A stretch of DNA of 32,000 nt from Sinorhizobium meliloti. Its GTDB lineage: Bacteria; Pseudomonadota; Alphaproteobacteria; Rhizobiales; Rhizobiaceae. The notes under the pieces are model-generated. The model ran no database searches. It was not told the origin of the DNA and worked only from the letters and a program-made list of their open reading frames with translations. Shown piece after piece: positions 1 to 8,085 of the stretch. The stretch's first letter is position 1, and every line of letters begins with the position of its first letter. Made by a program: the position numbers and the translations under genes. The DNA lies in contig NZ_JAGIOS010000002.1 in the NCBI RefSeq assembly GCF_017876815.1, positions 1,470,001 through 1,502,000 of the forward strand, read 5' to 3'.

Positions 1-146
1 TCGTTCAAGCGATGTGCAGCTCCGTCTACATCTTCAAGGACGGCCGGATCGAGGATTTCGGGCCCACCGAGTTCATCTTCTCGCGATCCGACAATCCCTA
101 CACCCGCGCCCTCATCAACGCCCGCCCGCAGCGGTTCACATGCTGA
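1..146 (+). CDS. 3' end of an ABC transporter ATP-binding protein (oligopeptide/dipeptide Dpp/Opp-type C-terminal domain), cut by the window edge
   Basis: Frame 3 reads ...VYIFKDGRIEDFGPTEFIFSRSDNPYTRALINARPQRFTC* with TGA at 144-146. The NPYTRALI..A.P tail is typical of the C-terminal domain of peptide ABC ATPases. It is absent from the ORF track because it has no start in the window. Confidence 0.6.
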   Translation, partial: VQAMCSSVYIFKDGRIEDFGPTEFIFSRSDNPYTRALINARPQRFTC

Positions 147-178
147 GCGGCGCGGCATTGCCACAGAAGGTCACCTCA

Positions 179-1414
179 ATGAATGACAGGTTCACATTGG
201 CCGTAACCGGCCAATCTCTCATCAAGCACGATATCCGCGACATTCCTGCTCCTGCCTTCGGTGAGGTTCAGTCCCTCCTTCGCCAGGCGGATCTCTCATT
301 CACCAACTTCGAGGGAACGATCCTTGGGCGTCACGGCGGGTGGCCGCTCAAAGGTTCGTTCTTCGGCTGCAGCGATCCGGTCGTTCTCGACACCCTCCGG
401 GCGATAGGGTTTCGGGCCCTTTCGCTCTCGAACAACCATGCTTTCGACCTCGGCCCGTCCGGCGTGCTTTCGACGCTCGAGGAAGTGGAGAAGCGAGGCT
501 TCCTGCATGCCGGCCTCGGCCGCGATCAAGCGCAAGTCTCGCGGGCGAGCACCGCAACGATCGGCGGGCGGCGGGTCGCGATCGTCGCGATGGACGGAGG
601 CCCCGGTCCGGATTTTATGTATGCTGCCGATGGCGACGACGACCGACCAGCACGCCCGGGCGTCAACCGGCTGCGGTTATCCCAGGCCATCGAGGTCGAT
701 GAGACTGCGTTCGATCAAATCCGAGCGATCCGGGATAGGGTCGGCTACACGGCCATCGATCTTGCCAATGACAGCCAGCCGGACGATCCGCGGCACCCTG
801 CCCCGGATACCGAGATCGGCATCGCGCGGGCGGTCTTCAGGCGATCGGAGCGGTTTGGACGAACCGTCAGAATAGATGAGGCCGATCTCGCGCGAAACCT
901 CTCTGCGATCGCGGCTGCAGCCAAGGATGGATCTCTGGTGGTCGCTTATCTGCACCATCATCATTGGGCATCCGACTGGTACCAGGTTCCCGACTGGGTG
1001 AGCGGCGTTGCCAGAGAGTGCATCGATGCTGGTGCGACCATGTTCGTCAGCCACGGTGCGCCCGTTCTCCAGCCGATCGAGATCTATCGGGGGCGGCCGA
1101 TCTTCTACAGCCTGGGGAATTTCATTTTCCATGTGCGTTCGGAGAAGTCGACCTGGACGGCACCCGAAGTCTGGGAGAGCGTCGTCGGGGTCTGCTCGTT
1201 CGGCGAGGACAATCGACTTATCGAGATCACGCTCTATCCCGTCGTCATCGGTGGCGACGAGGCATTGGCGGACAGGGTGCTGGAACGACGCCTGGCGCCA
1301 CATCTTGCGACCGGGGAAAGTGCCGCGCGCATCCTGCGGCGGTGTTCAGAACAATCGGCCAGGCTCGGCGTCGACATCGAGCTTTGCGGCGATGTCGGTG
1401 TCATCAGGCTTTAG
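179..1414 (+). CDS. CapA/PGA_cap family protein (poly-gamma-glutamate CapA-like, metallophosphatase fold)
   Basis: Track ORF 14..1414. The plausible start is ATG 179 (MNDRFTLAVTGQSLIKHD...). An alternative ATG at 140 overlaps the upstream stop (ATGCTGA). Motifs seen: LSFTNFEG, LSLSNNHAFD, HHHHW..DW, SHGAPVLQPIEIYRGRPIFYSLGNFIF, which are characteristic of CapA-like proteins. Confidence 0.8.
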   Translation: MNDRFTLAVTGQSLIKHDIRDIPAPAFGEVQSLLRQADLSFTNFEGTILGRHGGWPLKGSFFGCSDPVVLDTLRAIGFRALSLSNNHAFDLGPSGVLSTLEEVEKRGFLHAGLGRDQAQVSRASTATIGGRRVAIVAMDGGPGPDFMYAADGDDDRPARPGVNRLRLSQAIEVDETAFDQIRAIRDRVGYTAIDLANDSQPDDPRHPAPDTEIGIARAVFRRSERFGRTVRIDEADLARNLSAIAAAAKDGSLVVAYLHHHHWASDWYQVPDWVSGVARECIDAGATMFVSHGAPVLQPIEIYRGRPIFYSLGNFIFHVRSEKSTWTAPEVWESVVGVCSFGEDNRLIEITLYPVVIGGDEALADRVLERRLAPHLATGESAARILRRCSEQSARLGVDIELCGDVGVIRL

Positions 1415-1544
1415 CCTGCAGCGCCTCATACCAAGGAGCTCACTATTTCCTCCACCGCGACAGCGGGAAGCGACAGTGAGCCCGCCCCTTTCAGCTAAAA
1501 ACGCGACCGACACGCGTCGCATCTTCTGCATGAGGATGAAGTGC

Positions 1545-2771
1545 ATGAGAGTTCGGGAAGAACTTGTCAGCCGGTTTTTTCGCTATGCCGCGATCGAGAG
1601 CCAAAGCAACGGCCGCTCGCAGTCCCTGCCGTCCTCGCCGGGACAGGCGGCACTTGCCGCCCTGCTTGCCGACGAGATGCGCGCCATCGGCCTGGAGGAC
1701 GTCTTCACCGACGGGCATGCCATCGTGACGGGAATAAAACGTGGCAACAGGCCTGCAGCACCACCGATCGGCTTCATCGCGCATCTCGACACGGTCGATG
1801 TCGGCCTCTCGCCCGTCGTCCGCCCGCAAGTCCTCCGCTTCGAAGGCGAGGACCTTTGCATCAACCGTCAAGAGGACATCTGGCTACGGGTCGCCGAACA
1901 TCCGGAGATTCTGGATTGGGTCGGGGAAGACATCATCGTCGGCGACGGCACCAGCGTGCTCGGTGCGGACAACAAGGCCGCCATCGCGGTGATCATGACG
2001 CTGCTTGCCCGGCTCGATCACGAGGTCGGCCACGGCGACGTCTTCATCGCCTTCGTGCCGGACGAGGAAATCGGGCTGCGCGGCGCCAAGGCGATGGACC
2101 TCTCCCGCTTCCCTTGTGACTTTGCCTACACGATCGACTGCTGCGAACTTGGCGAGGTGGTCCTGGAGACATTCAACGCCGCGTCCTGCGAGATCGTCTT
2201 TACCGGCGTCAGTGCGCACCCGATGTCCGCGAAGGGAATGCTGGTCAATCCCCTCCTGCTGGCGATGGACTTCATCTCCCACTTCGACCGCGAGGAGACG
2301 CCTGAATGCACGGACGAACGCCAGGGCTTTTTCTGGTTCAAGGACCTCATCGCCAACGACAGCGTGGCGAGCTTGACCGCCCTGATCCGGGATTTCGACA
2401 CCGATGGCTTCAATCGGCGCAAACACCGGATTGCCGAGGTCGCGGAACAAATGCGATTTCGCTATCCCACCGGAAATGTCCGGTATCAGATCATCGACAC
2501 CTATCGAAACATCTCCACGAGCCTCGCTCGTGACGAGCGTGCCGTCGCTCTTCTGTTCAAGGCCATGGCGGAACTTGGCATCGAGAAGAAAGTAATCGCG
2601 ATGCGCGGCGGCACCGATGGCGCGGTTCTCTCGGCCAGAGGAATACCGACACCGAACTTCTTCACCGGCGCCTACAACTTCCATTCACGCTACGAGTTTC
2701 TGCCGGTGCCAGCCTTCGAAAGATCGTGGGAAGTTGCGTTGAAGATTTGTCAGTTGGCGGCGACCGAGTGA
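1545..2771 (+). CDS. pepT: Peptidase T (tripeptide aminopeptidase, M20B)
   Basis: Track ORF 1008..2771. In-frame ATG 1545 gives a 408-aa product, MRVREELVSRFFRYAAIESQS..., the same length and N-terminus style as PepT. Motifs: IAHLDTVD, GADNKAAIAVIM, FVPDEEIGLRGAK, GGTDGA. GAGGA lies 8 nt upstream. Alternative ATGs at 1530 and 1536. Confidence 0.9.
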   Translation: MRVREELVSRFFRYAAIESQSNGRSQSLPSSPGQAALAALLADEMRAIGLEDVFTDGHAIVTGIKRGNRPAAPPIGFIAHLDTVDVGLSPVVRPQVLRFEGEDLCINRQEDIWLRVAEHPEILDWVGEDIIVGDGTSVLGADNKAAIAVIMTLLARLDHEVGHGDVFIAFVPDEEIGLRGAKAMDLSRFPCDFAYTIDCCELGEVVLETFNAASCEIVFTGVSAHPMSAKGMLVNPLLLAMDFISHFDREETPECTDERQGFFWFKDLIANDSVASLTALIRDFDTDGFNRRKHRIAEVAEQMRFRYPTGNVRYQIIDTYRNISTSLARDERAVALLFKAMAELGIEKKVIAMRGGTDGAVLSARGIPTPNFFTGAYNFHSRYEFLPVPAFERSWEVALKICQLAATE

Positions 2772-3135
2772 GAACGTTGCTAGACAACTGCAGGTAGCAA
2801 AGTGGAGGCCAGATTGATGCACCGCGTCGATATAAGTGCCGCTCGCGAGGCAATTGGATACAGCGTCGACGACCTCCTGAACCTGTGCTCTCACTGCCGC
2901 CGACTGTACAAGGATCGAACCGGGTGCCGATGTCGTCTCCGCCGAGCTCAGGCGCATCGCCGCTGTACTCCAAGTGCCAACCTCCACGATCCGCCTAGCT
3001 TAGCAACATCGGGGTTCGCGATTCCTTCAGACACCACTCGCAAAGCGCCGAAATCCGGACAGGTCACATCGAGGTAGCGCAACCCGCACGCTTCTACTCG
3101 CGTTTCAACGGGTTTTATTCACCGACGCGTGTGGT

Positions 3136-3417
3136 GCAACCTCGCTATTCGGCAGAATGGTGGTCAACGCGGAACTGCCGGCCCAGACGGTCCGGCAATT
3201 GCTGGGCTTTGGCGGCTGAGTCCGAGAAGTACAGCTACGCCTCCTTGGGCAACGGGACGCCGCTTCATCGTTCCGGCGAGCTCTTCAAGAAGATGGCCGG
3301 TGTCGAGATGCAGCCTATTCGATACAAGGGCTCCGGCCCGGCACTGAACGACGTTCTCGGCAATCAGGTGCCGATCATGTTCGACAATCTCCCCTCGTCA
3401 TCCGGTCACATGTGCCA
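3136..3417 (+). pseudogene. Fragment of a Bug/TctC-family tripartite tricarboxylate transporter substrate-binding protein (frameshifted, truncated at both ends)
   Basis: One frame reads ..LFGRMVVNAELPAQTVRQLLGFGG* (from about 3145). The next frame continues SEKYSYASLGNGTPLHRSGELFKKMAGVEMQPIRYKGSGPALNDVLGNQVPIMFDNLPSSSGH. This matches the central conserved block of Bug proteins (YAS.GNGT..H..GELF....G....H.PYKG.GPA..D.L.GQV..MFD). Only about 95 of about 325 aa are present. Confidence 0.65.
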
Positions 3418-3458
3418 CTGGTAACCGCGGCGGCGACGGCATGCCCCAGGCAGATTGA

Positions 3459-5369
3459 TCAGCTCGCACTCGCCAGGACTGCGCGACGCTTAGGCGGACG
3501 CTCGATGGTAAACGCATCAGGTCTTATCCCGCGCTCGATGTCGCGCCAGGTAACCGGAGCCGCGACGGGAAATCCTGAGCGGGCCCTCGGAGAGTAGGTG
3601 CCGACGGCCGTAGTCCCGCGGCCGTTCCTCAGATAGTCGAGAAAAAGCTTGCCCGGTCGGTGCGAAAGCTGTGCCGACGTGACGTAGCGGTCGGGATCGG
3701 TGCTGGCGAACTGCTGCGCCAAGCGTTTGGCATAGGCGTGCGCCGCGTTATGGGTCATCTTCGCAGGCAGAGGGCTCATGAGGTGAACGCCCTTGCCGCC
3801 GGTGAGCTTTGGCCATGTATTGAAGCCCTCCGCCTCAAGAAATTCCCGCAGCCGCAAGGCGGTTTCGACGACGAACGCCCATGACACGCCTTCGCCGGGA
3901 TCGAGATCGAAGATCAGCGCGTCGGCGTGTTCGATATTGTCGACGGTCGCCGCCCAGGGATGCAGTTCGACCGCGCCGATCTCCACAAGCCCCAGCAATC
4001 CGGCGAGATCGTCGACCCAAAGCCGAACCCCTGCACCGCCCTCTCGCTTCTCAATGCGAAGCTGATGGACCTCGGACGGGATCGGCGGCAGCGGTCCTTT
4101 GTGGTAGAAGGTGGTGCCGTGGATGTGTCTTACGAGCTTCAAGGGGCGGCCGCCGAGGAAATGCAGGGCCCGATCGGCGACACGCGTCCAGTAGTTTGCA
4201 AGCTCCTCTTTCGAGGGCACAACGGCTTCGGGCAGCAACTGCAAAATGTTCGCTCGCGGGACTCGGATCGAGGCAGCTGCAGTAGTCGGTCGCGGCTTTC
4301 CTGCAGCCCGCGACACATCCTGCAGCCCTTTGAACACCGGCTCCCGCAGCAAGCCGTCATCCGTCACCCCGCCATAGTCGATCTCAGCGTAGACCTGCGG
4401 CTCGACCCAAGTCGCCTTGGGCTTGTTGATGGGATGGGAGAGGGGGCTCTTGCCGATGATCAAGGGATTGAGCCGCTCCCGCACCTCCCGGGCCGCCGTT
4501 AAGGTGTAGCCGGTTTGGGCCTTGCCGGCATAAACCAGGCGATCGCCCTCCCAGCGCCCGAGATAAAGCGAGGCAATCCTCCGCGGGTGTGCGCCGAGTT
4601 TTTCGACGAAGGCGACGATCGGAAAGGCGTCGCGCTTCGTGCACTTCGTCTTTGTCCAGATTTCCTGCCGACCCGACCGGTAGGGCGCATCTTTGCGTTT
4701 CGAGACAATTCCCTCCAGGCCCATCTTGCATGCGTGCCGGTAGACCGGCTCTCCCTCTTCGAGCTCGAGATAGTCGACATAGGCGATGGTGCCGGCCGCG
4801 TCTCCGATTAGCTCGCGCAGCACTCGTTTGCGCTCGATCAGCGGCACGCGCCGGAGGTCGTAGCCGTCCAGATAAAGCAGGTCGAACGCTTGAAACGTCA
4901 GATTCGGCGACGAGCGTTTCGCGAGCTCTCGCCGAAGTGCCTGAAAATCGGGAAGTCCGATCTTGCCGAAGACAGTGACCTCCCCATCCATCACCGCGTC
5001 ATGGCCGGCGAGGTCCTCCGCAGCCGTCGCGATTGCCTGAAATTCCGTCGTCCAATCCAGCCCTGTTCGCGTGTATAATGTGATCTTGCCGCCATTAATG
5101 TGCAGCTGCGCTCGATAGCCATCAAGCTTGATTTCATGAACCCAGTCTGCACCATCCGGCGGCCTCTTCTTCAGCGTCGGGTGGCAGGGCTCAATGAATT
5201 CTGGGAAGGCGGATTGAGTTGCGCCGAGATCTGCCAGACGATCAACAGGGGACGCAGTCCGTCGACTGCCAACCGCGGCTTTTCGTCCCTGAGCACCATT
5301 TGGAACGCCTTCAGAGGGGTGCGGGGCTTTGGCACGCTGCCTCAAAATAGCCCTCCATTGTCGGACCAC
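3459..5369 (-). CDS. ligD: ATP-dependent DNA ligase LigD, two-domain form (N-terminal ligase + C-terminal polymerase/primase)
   Basis: 636-aa ORF with a GTG start at 5369 and GAGGG about 8 nt upstream. Ligase motif I is EIKLDGYR (Lys codon at 5127-5129). The OB-fold end reads GLLREPVFKGLQD. The C-terminal half (LHFLGGRPLKLVRH..GTTFYHK...DLDPGEGV...KLTGGKGVHL...FLDYLRNGRGTTAV..YSPRAR) matches the LigD polymerase domain. No phosphoesterase domain was recognised. Confidence 0.9.
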   Translation of the reverse strand: MVRQWRAILRQRAKAPHPSEGVPNGAQGRKAAVGSRRTASPVDRLADLGATQSAFPEFIEPCHPTLKKRPPDGADWVHEIKLDGYRAQLHINGGKITLYTRTGLDWTTEFQAIATAAEDLAGHDAVMDGEVTVFGKIGLPDFQALRRELAKRSSPNLTFQAFDLLYLDGYDLRRVPLIERKRVLRELIGDAAGTIAYVDYLELEEGEPVYRHACKMGLEGIVSKRKDAPYRSGRQEIWTKTKCTKRDAFPIVAFVEKLGAHPRRIASLYLGRWEGDRLVYAGKAQTGYTLTAAREVRERLNPLIIGKSPLSHPINKPKATWVEPQVYAEIDYGGVTDDGLLREPVFKGLQDVSRAAGKPRPTTAAASIRVPRANILQLLPEAVVPSKEELANYWTRVADRALHFLGGRPLKLVRHIHGTTFYHKGPLPPIPSEVHQLRIEKREGGAGVRLWVDDLAGLLGLVEIGAVELHPWAATVDNIEHADALIFDLDPGEGVSWAFVVETALRLREFLEAEGFNTWPKLTGGKGVHLMSPLPAKMTHNAAHAYAKRLAQQFASTDPDRYVTSAQLSHRPGKLFLDYLRNGRGTTAVGTYSPRARSGFPVAAPVTWRDIERGIRPDAFTIERPPKRRAVLASAS

Positions 5370-5430
5370 CCATTCAACCCTCGGAACGGTATTTCGTTCC
5401 TGGGCGCCCGCGGGTAGCCAGGGGCCGTTC

Positions 5431-5712
5431 TTACTGAACTCCCATCCGCATGGAGAGAGATGGAACTGACGACGGCCGCAGCCTTAAGCCTTCGGCGGAT
5501 CGCGCCAGTGTGATGCACGGGTTCGTCCTTGCCGGCACCTTCCGTCCGCTGGACGGGCCGCTTTGTGCCGGAGGAGCATCGGCGTTTTTGGTGCCGGGTC
5601 CGGCCGCTTGGTCTGGCAACGGAACGGGTTCGAAATCCATCTCCGGTGGCACTGCCGTCCACCGGGATGGCATCTGCTGTTCGGTGAGCCTGCCGCCTTT
5701 GGGATCACTCAT
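5431..5712 (-). CDS. Hypothetical Pro/Gly/Ala-rich protein (93 aa) upstream of ligD
   Basis: ORF MSDPKGGRLTEQQMPSRW... with AGGAAA about 7 nt upstream of the ATG. It ends 61 nt before ligD on the same strand. Composition is low-complexity and I recognise no family. It could be spurious in GC-rich DNA. Confidence 0.25.
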   Translation of the reverse strand: MSDPKGGRLTEQQMPSRWTAVPPEMDFEPVPLPDQAAGPGTKNADAPPAQSGPSSGRKVPARTNPCITLARSAEGLRLRPSSVPSLSMRMGVQ

Positions 5713-5834
5713 CGTCGTATTTCCTTTCGTGTCGGGCTCTCAACCATCCGGCGGCGTTGCTGTCGGCATAGATCGAATGGCGGAATTCCAAAGAAGAGGA
5801 ACAGAGGATAAAGTGAGCGAAGGTCGAGGTGGAC

Positions 5835-6686
5835 ATGAAAGGCAGGCCGATGTCTAGCAGCAACGAATCCTCCGACATGAACCGCGCGCGTCGCCACTTC
5901 CTCGGACTGACGGCTGCAGCAGCGGCGAGAATTGCCGCGATCGGCTCGGCGGTGTCTGCCCTGCCGCACTCCATGGCGGCGGCGGCATGGTGGAACCCCG
6001 GCCATCCTGGCGGTGGCAACGCCAATGGCAGGGGAAAAGGTCATGGTGGTCCGATGTGCCTGCTGAGCGGCACCGCGATCCTGACGCCGCGCGGCCAAGT
6101 ATGCATCGAAGATTTGCGCATCGGCGATCTCGTCAATACGGTTCGCGGCGAAGCGCTGCCGGTGAAATGGATCGGCCGGCGCGCTTACCGTCGTAGCTCC
6201 CAAATGTGGAACGAAGATGTCGTGCCGATCCGCATCCGCCGGTTCGCCCTTGACGACTCCCGGCCGTACCGGGACCTTTTTGTGTCCCCAGGCCACGCTT
6301 TCTATATCGATGACGTTTTGATCAGGGCGCAGGACCTCGTCAACGGAAGGTCGATTACGCGGGCGGTGCGTGATGCACGGGACACCATAGAATATTACCA
6401 GATCGTCTTCCCAACGCACGAGGTTGTGCTGGCCGAAGGCGCGCCCGTCGAGAGCTTTCTGCTCGAAAACGCCAACTACGAGGGCTTCACGAACTTCTGC
6501 GAGTTTGCCCGGCTTTATCCAGGCGATCACGACGCCAGCATGGCGCCTTTTGCCCCATTCGTCGGCTATGGCGGCAGAGAGCACCTGAAGGCGCTGCTGC
6601 GCCTCGCAACGGGCGGTCTCGTTAAGGTGCCTTCACCACTGCAGGATGCCTATGAGAAGATCTCGGAGCGAGGTCAGCAATATTAG
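5835..6686 (+). CDS. Tat-signal Hint (Hedgehog/intein-like, Hint_2-type) domain protein
   Basis: Track ORF 5829..6686 starts at a GTG. ATG 5835 has GAGG 5 nt upstream; ATG 5877 is an alternative start. The twin-arginine motif NRARRHFLGLTAAAAA has RRHFLGL at 5889-5909. Cys77 (6057-6059) opens CLLSGTAILTPRGQVCIEDLRIGDLV...WIG.R...VSPGHAFYIDD..I.A.DLVNG...HEVVLAEG, which is typical of alphaproteobacterial Hint_2 domains. Confidence 0.8.
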   Translation: MKGRPMSSSNESSDMNRARRHFLGLTAAAAARIAAIGSAVSALPHSMAAAAWWNPGHPGGGNANGRGKGHGGPMCLLSGTAILTPRGQVCIEDLRIGDLVNTVRGEALPVKWIGRRAYRRSSQMWNEDVVPIRIRRFALDDSRPYRDLFVSPGHAFYIDDVLIRAQDLVNGRSITRAVRDARDTIEYYQIVFPTHEVVLAEGAPVESFLLENANYEGFTNFCEFARLYPGDHDASMAPFAPFVGYGGREHLKALLRLATGGLVKVPSPLQDAYEKISERGQQY

Positions 6687-6755
6687 GTCGACGCGGGTGA
6701 GCGGATTTCCAAGTGCCCGGCCAGGACTACGTCGGCTTTGCCCCGTCCAAGATGA

Positions 6756-6777
6756 GTTGGCACATTCCTGTGCCAAC
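6756..6777. repeat. Perfect 9-bp stem / 4-nt loop hairpin (GTTGGCACA-TTCC-TGTGCCAAC) 70 nt downstream of the Hint gene
   Basis: Read directly from the sequence. No T-tract follows, so it is not a classical intrinsic terminator. Confidence 0.6.
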
Positions 6778-7020
6778 TCGCGCCGGCGATCAACGTGCAG
6801 CGCGCGGTTATAGGCACCCTCGTTCAAGGGGATCAGGGAGGGGCGGACGATGTGGAGATTTACTCTCTGAAACGTGAGCGTGAATTCCGACGGCACCGAG
6901 CTTTTGCCAAACGTTGGCTCGCGAAAGCTGCCGGTTGACTTTCGTCAAGCGCTTCGCTACCTCTGGTGGATTAATACCCCTAAAATTTACCAGTATCTTT
7001 TTTATCGGAAAGGACGCTCG

Positions 7021-7227
7021 ATGATCAGAAGCGTCGTTGAGATTGTTGCCGCGATTTGTATCAATTCGATCGGAGTGGCGTTAGCTGCTGTTGGGATCGA
7101 GACCGTTGAATACGGTAGCTCTTTGCAATTTCTGTTCGTTATTTCTGCCGCCGTTGTTTTGGGCACTATGGCGGTATGGTCAGCTTTGCGCATCTTCGAC
7201 CATGAGTATCCATACCGGCTGGGCTGA
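7021..7227 (+). CDS. Small hypothetical membrane protein (68 aa, two hydrophobic segments)
   Basis: ATG 7021 is preceded by GGAAAGGA. The product is MIRSVVEIVAAICINSIGVALAAVGIE...LQFLFVISAAVVLGTMAVWSALRIF... It lies in a lower-GC island. Confidence 0.45.
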   Translation: MIRSVVEIVAAICINSIGVALAAVGIETVEYGSSLQFLFVISAAVVLGTMAVWSALRIFDHEYPYRLG

Positions 7228-7240
7228 TTTGCTTGCCGGT

Positions 7241-7321
7241 TTTGTTACGGTTCGCGCCTGGATCGATGACGGAAAGCTGCGGCATACCTCCTTTAAGGGA
7301 ATCAGAGAGCGCGAGAGTGAT
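7241..7321 (+). pseudogene. Stray C-terminal (OB-fold end) fragment of an ATP-dependent DNA ligase
   Basis: The reading FVTVRAWIDDGKLRHTSFKGIRERESD matches the conserved ligase tail (..W..DG.LRHP.FKGLRED) and parallels GLLREPVFKGLQD in the intact ligD. No upstream ligase sequence is attached. Confidence 0.5.
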
Positions 7322-7546
7322 GAGACGGGTTTTGAAACTGGCGCAGCGCAAAACGCGTAGCGGCCTTGATCCGACACATTCCCGCTCCACGAAATGGCAG
7401 ACCTATGCCCAGAGAACGCGGCACGTACTCTTCAGCGAAAACGGCCATAGACGCAACGACTGACGATTGCAACTACCGGTGTACACTCACGCCGTGACGC
7501 AAACGAGATCGGCCGACTAGATTTTGTTTTGGTAAGACCAGCGATT

Positions 7547-7639
7547 TCAGAAAGCCGAGAAGGCCGCCATGAGCAGTGCGGTCCAGAGCAAGGCTGACAG
7601 TTCAGCCGCTAGCAGAAACCCAAAAGCGGTGTCGCTCAT
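7547..7639 (-). CDS. Candidate 30-aa hydrophobic micro-protein
   Basis: Minus strand reads AAGGAGGATCAT-ATG, a strong SD with correct spacing. The product is MSDTAFGFLLAAELSALLWTALLMAAFSAF*. It is too short for the ORF track. Confidence 0.35.
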   Translation of the reverse strand: MSDTAFGFLLAAELSALLWTALLMAAFSAF

Positions 7640-7750
7640 ATGATCCTCCTTGGGCAACCTCCATTGCCGCAAGGAAACTATAGGGGATGGCTGAAGATTA
7701 CGCCACCCTGTAAGTGTAGCCTGCACGTTTTTTAGCGTTCCACTTCGAAA

Positions 7751-7840
7751 TCACGTAAGCAGCCGATAGATCAGAATGCCGACTGAACCCCAGAAGCCAA
7801 CCATTACCAGCGTCATCGCCACAACGAAGATCTTAATCAC
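7751..7840 (-). CDS. Candidate 29-aa hydrophobic micro-protein (GTG start)
   Basis: Minus strand reads GGGAGTTTGCC-GTG, then (M)IKIFVVAMTLVMVGFWGSVGILIYRLLT*. It lies 111 nt upstream of, and co-oriented with, the 7547..7639 micro-ORF. Confidence 0.3.
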   Translation of the reverse strand: MIKIFVVAMTLVMVGFWGSVGILIYRLLT

Positions 7841-8085
7841 GGCAAACTCCCACAACCATTACGTGAAATCGCAACGCGGAACGCAGAACCTACAGCAGCG
7901 CTGAAAGTTTGGGTATCGGACTATGGTCCGTTGTTCGTTGGGCGTTTGAGAACCACAACTTCGTCACGCAGCTTCAAGGAAACCCCATAAATGTTCCGAC
8001 ACCGCACCGGTCGGGAGCACGCGACGGACTTCCGACGGCTACCTTGGAGCGCGCGTGTTCGCACCGTGCGCACCGGCATGCAGCT

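Noticed and set aside
14-178. N-terminal extension of the CapA-like ORF from GTG 14
   Set aside because: The extension overlaps the true 3' end of the upstream ABC ATPase in another frame and translates to Arg/His/Pro-rich sequence. The family-like sequence begins at MNDRF (179).
1008-1544. 179-aa N-terminal extension of the pepT ORF
   Set aside because: It overlaps the CapA-like gene in a different frame and has Ser/Arg-rich junk composition. ATG 1545 gives the canonical 408-aa PepT.
3459-5712. Possibility that the 93-aa ORF upstream of ligD is a diverged Ku
   Set aside because: It is far too short (Ku is about 260-290 aa). It is Pro/Gly-rich and lacks the N-terminal W.G.L.L..V..PV motif of bacterial Ku.
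5709-6584. 291-aa minus-strand ORF opposite the Hint gene
   Set aside because: I recognise no motifs, and it overlaps almost the entire Hint-domain ORF, which has a coherent Tat signal and Hint module.
6758-6775. Possible sigma-54 promoter (TGGCAC-N5-..GC) within the 9-bp hairpin
   Set aside because: The -12 element would read TGTGC rather than TTGC at the correct spacing. The motif is simply one arm of a perfect palindrome, and no enhancer-binding-protein gene or obvious downstream gene supports it.
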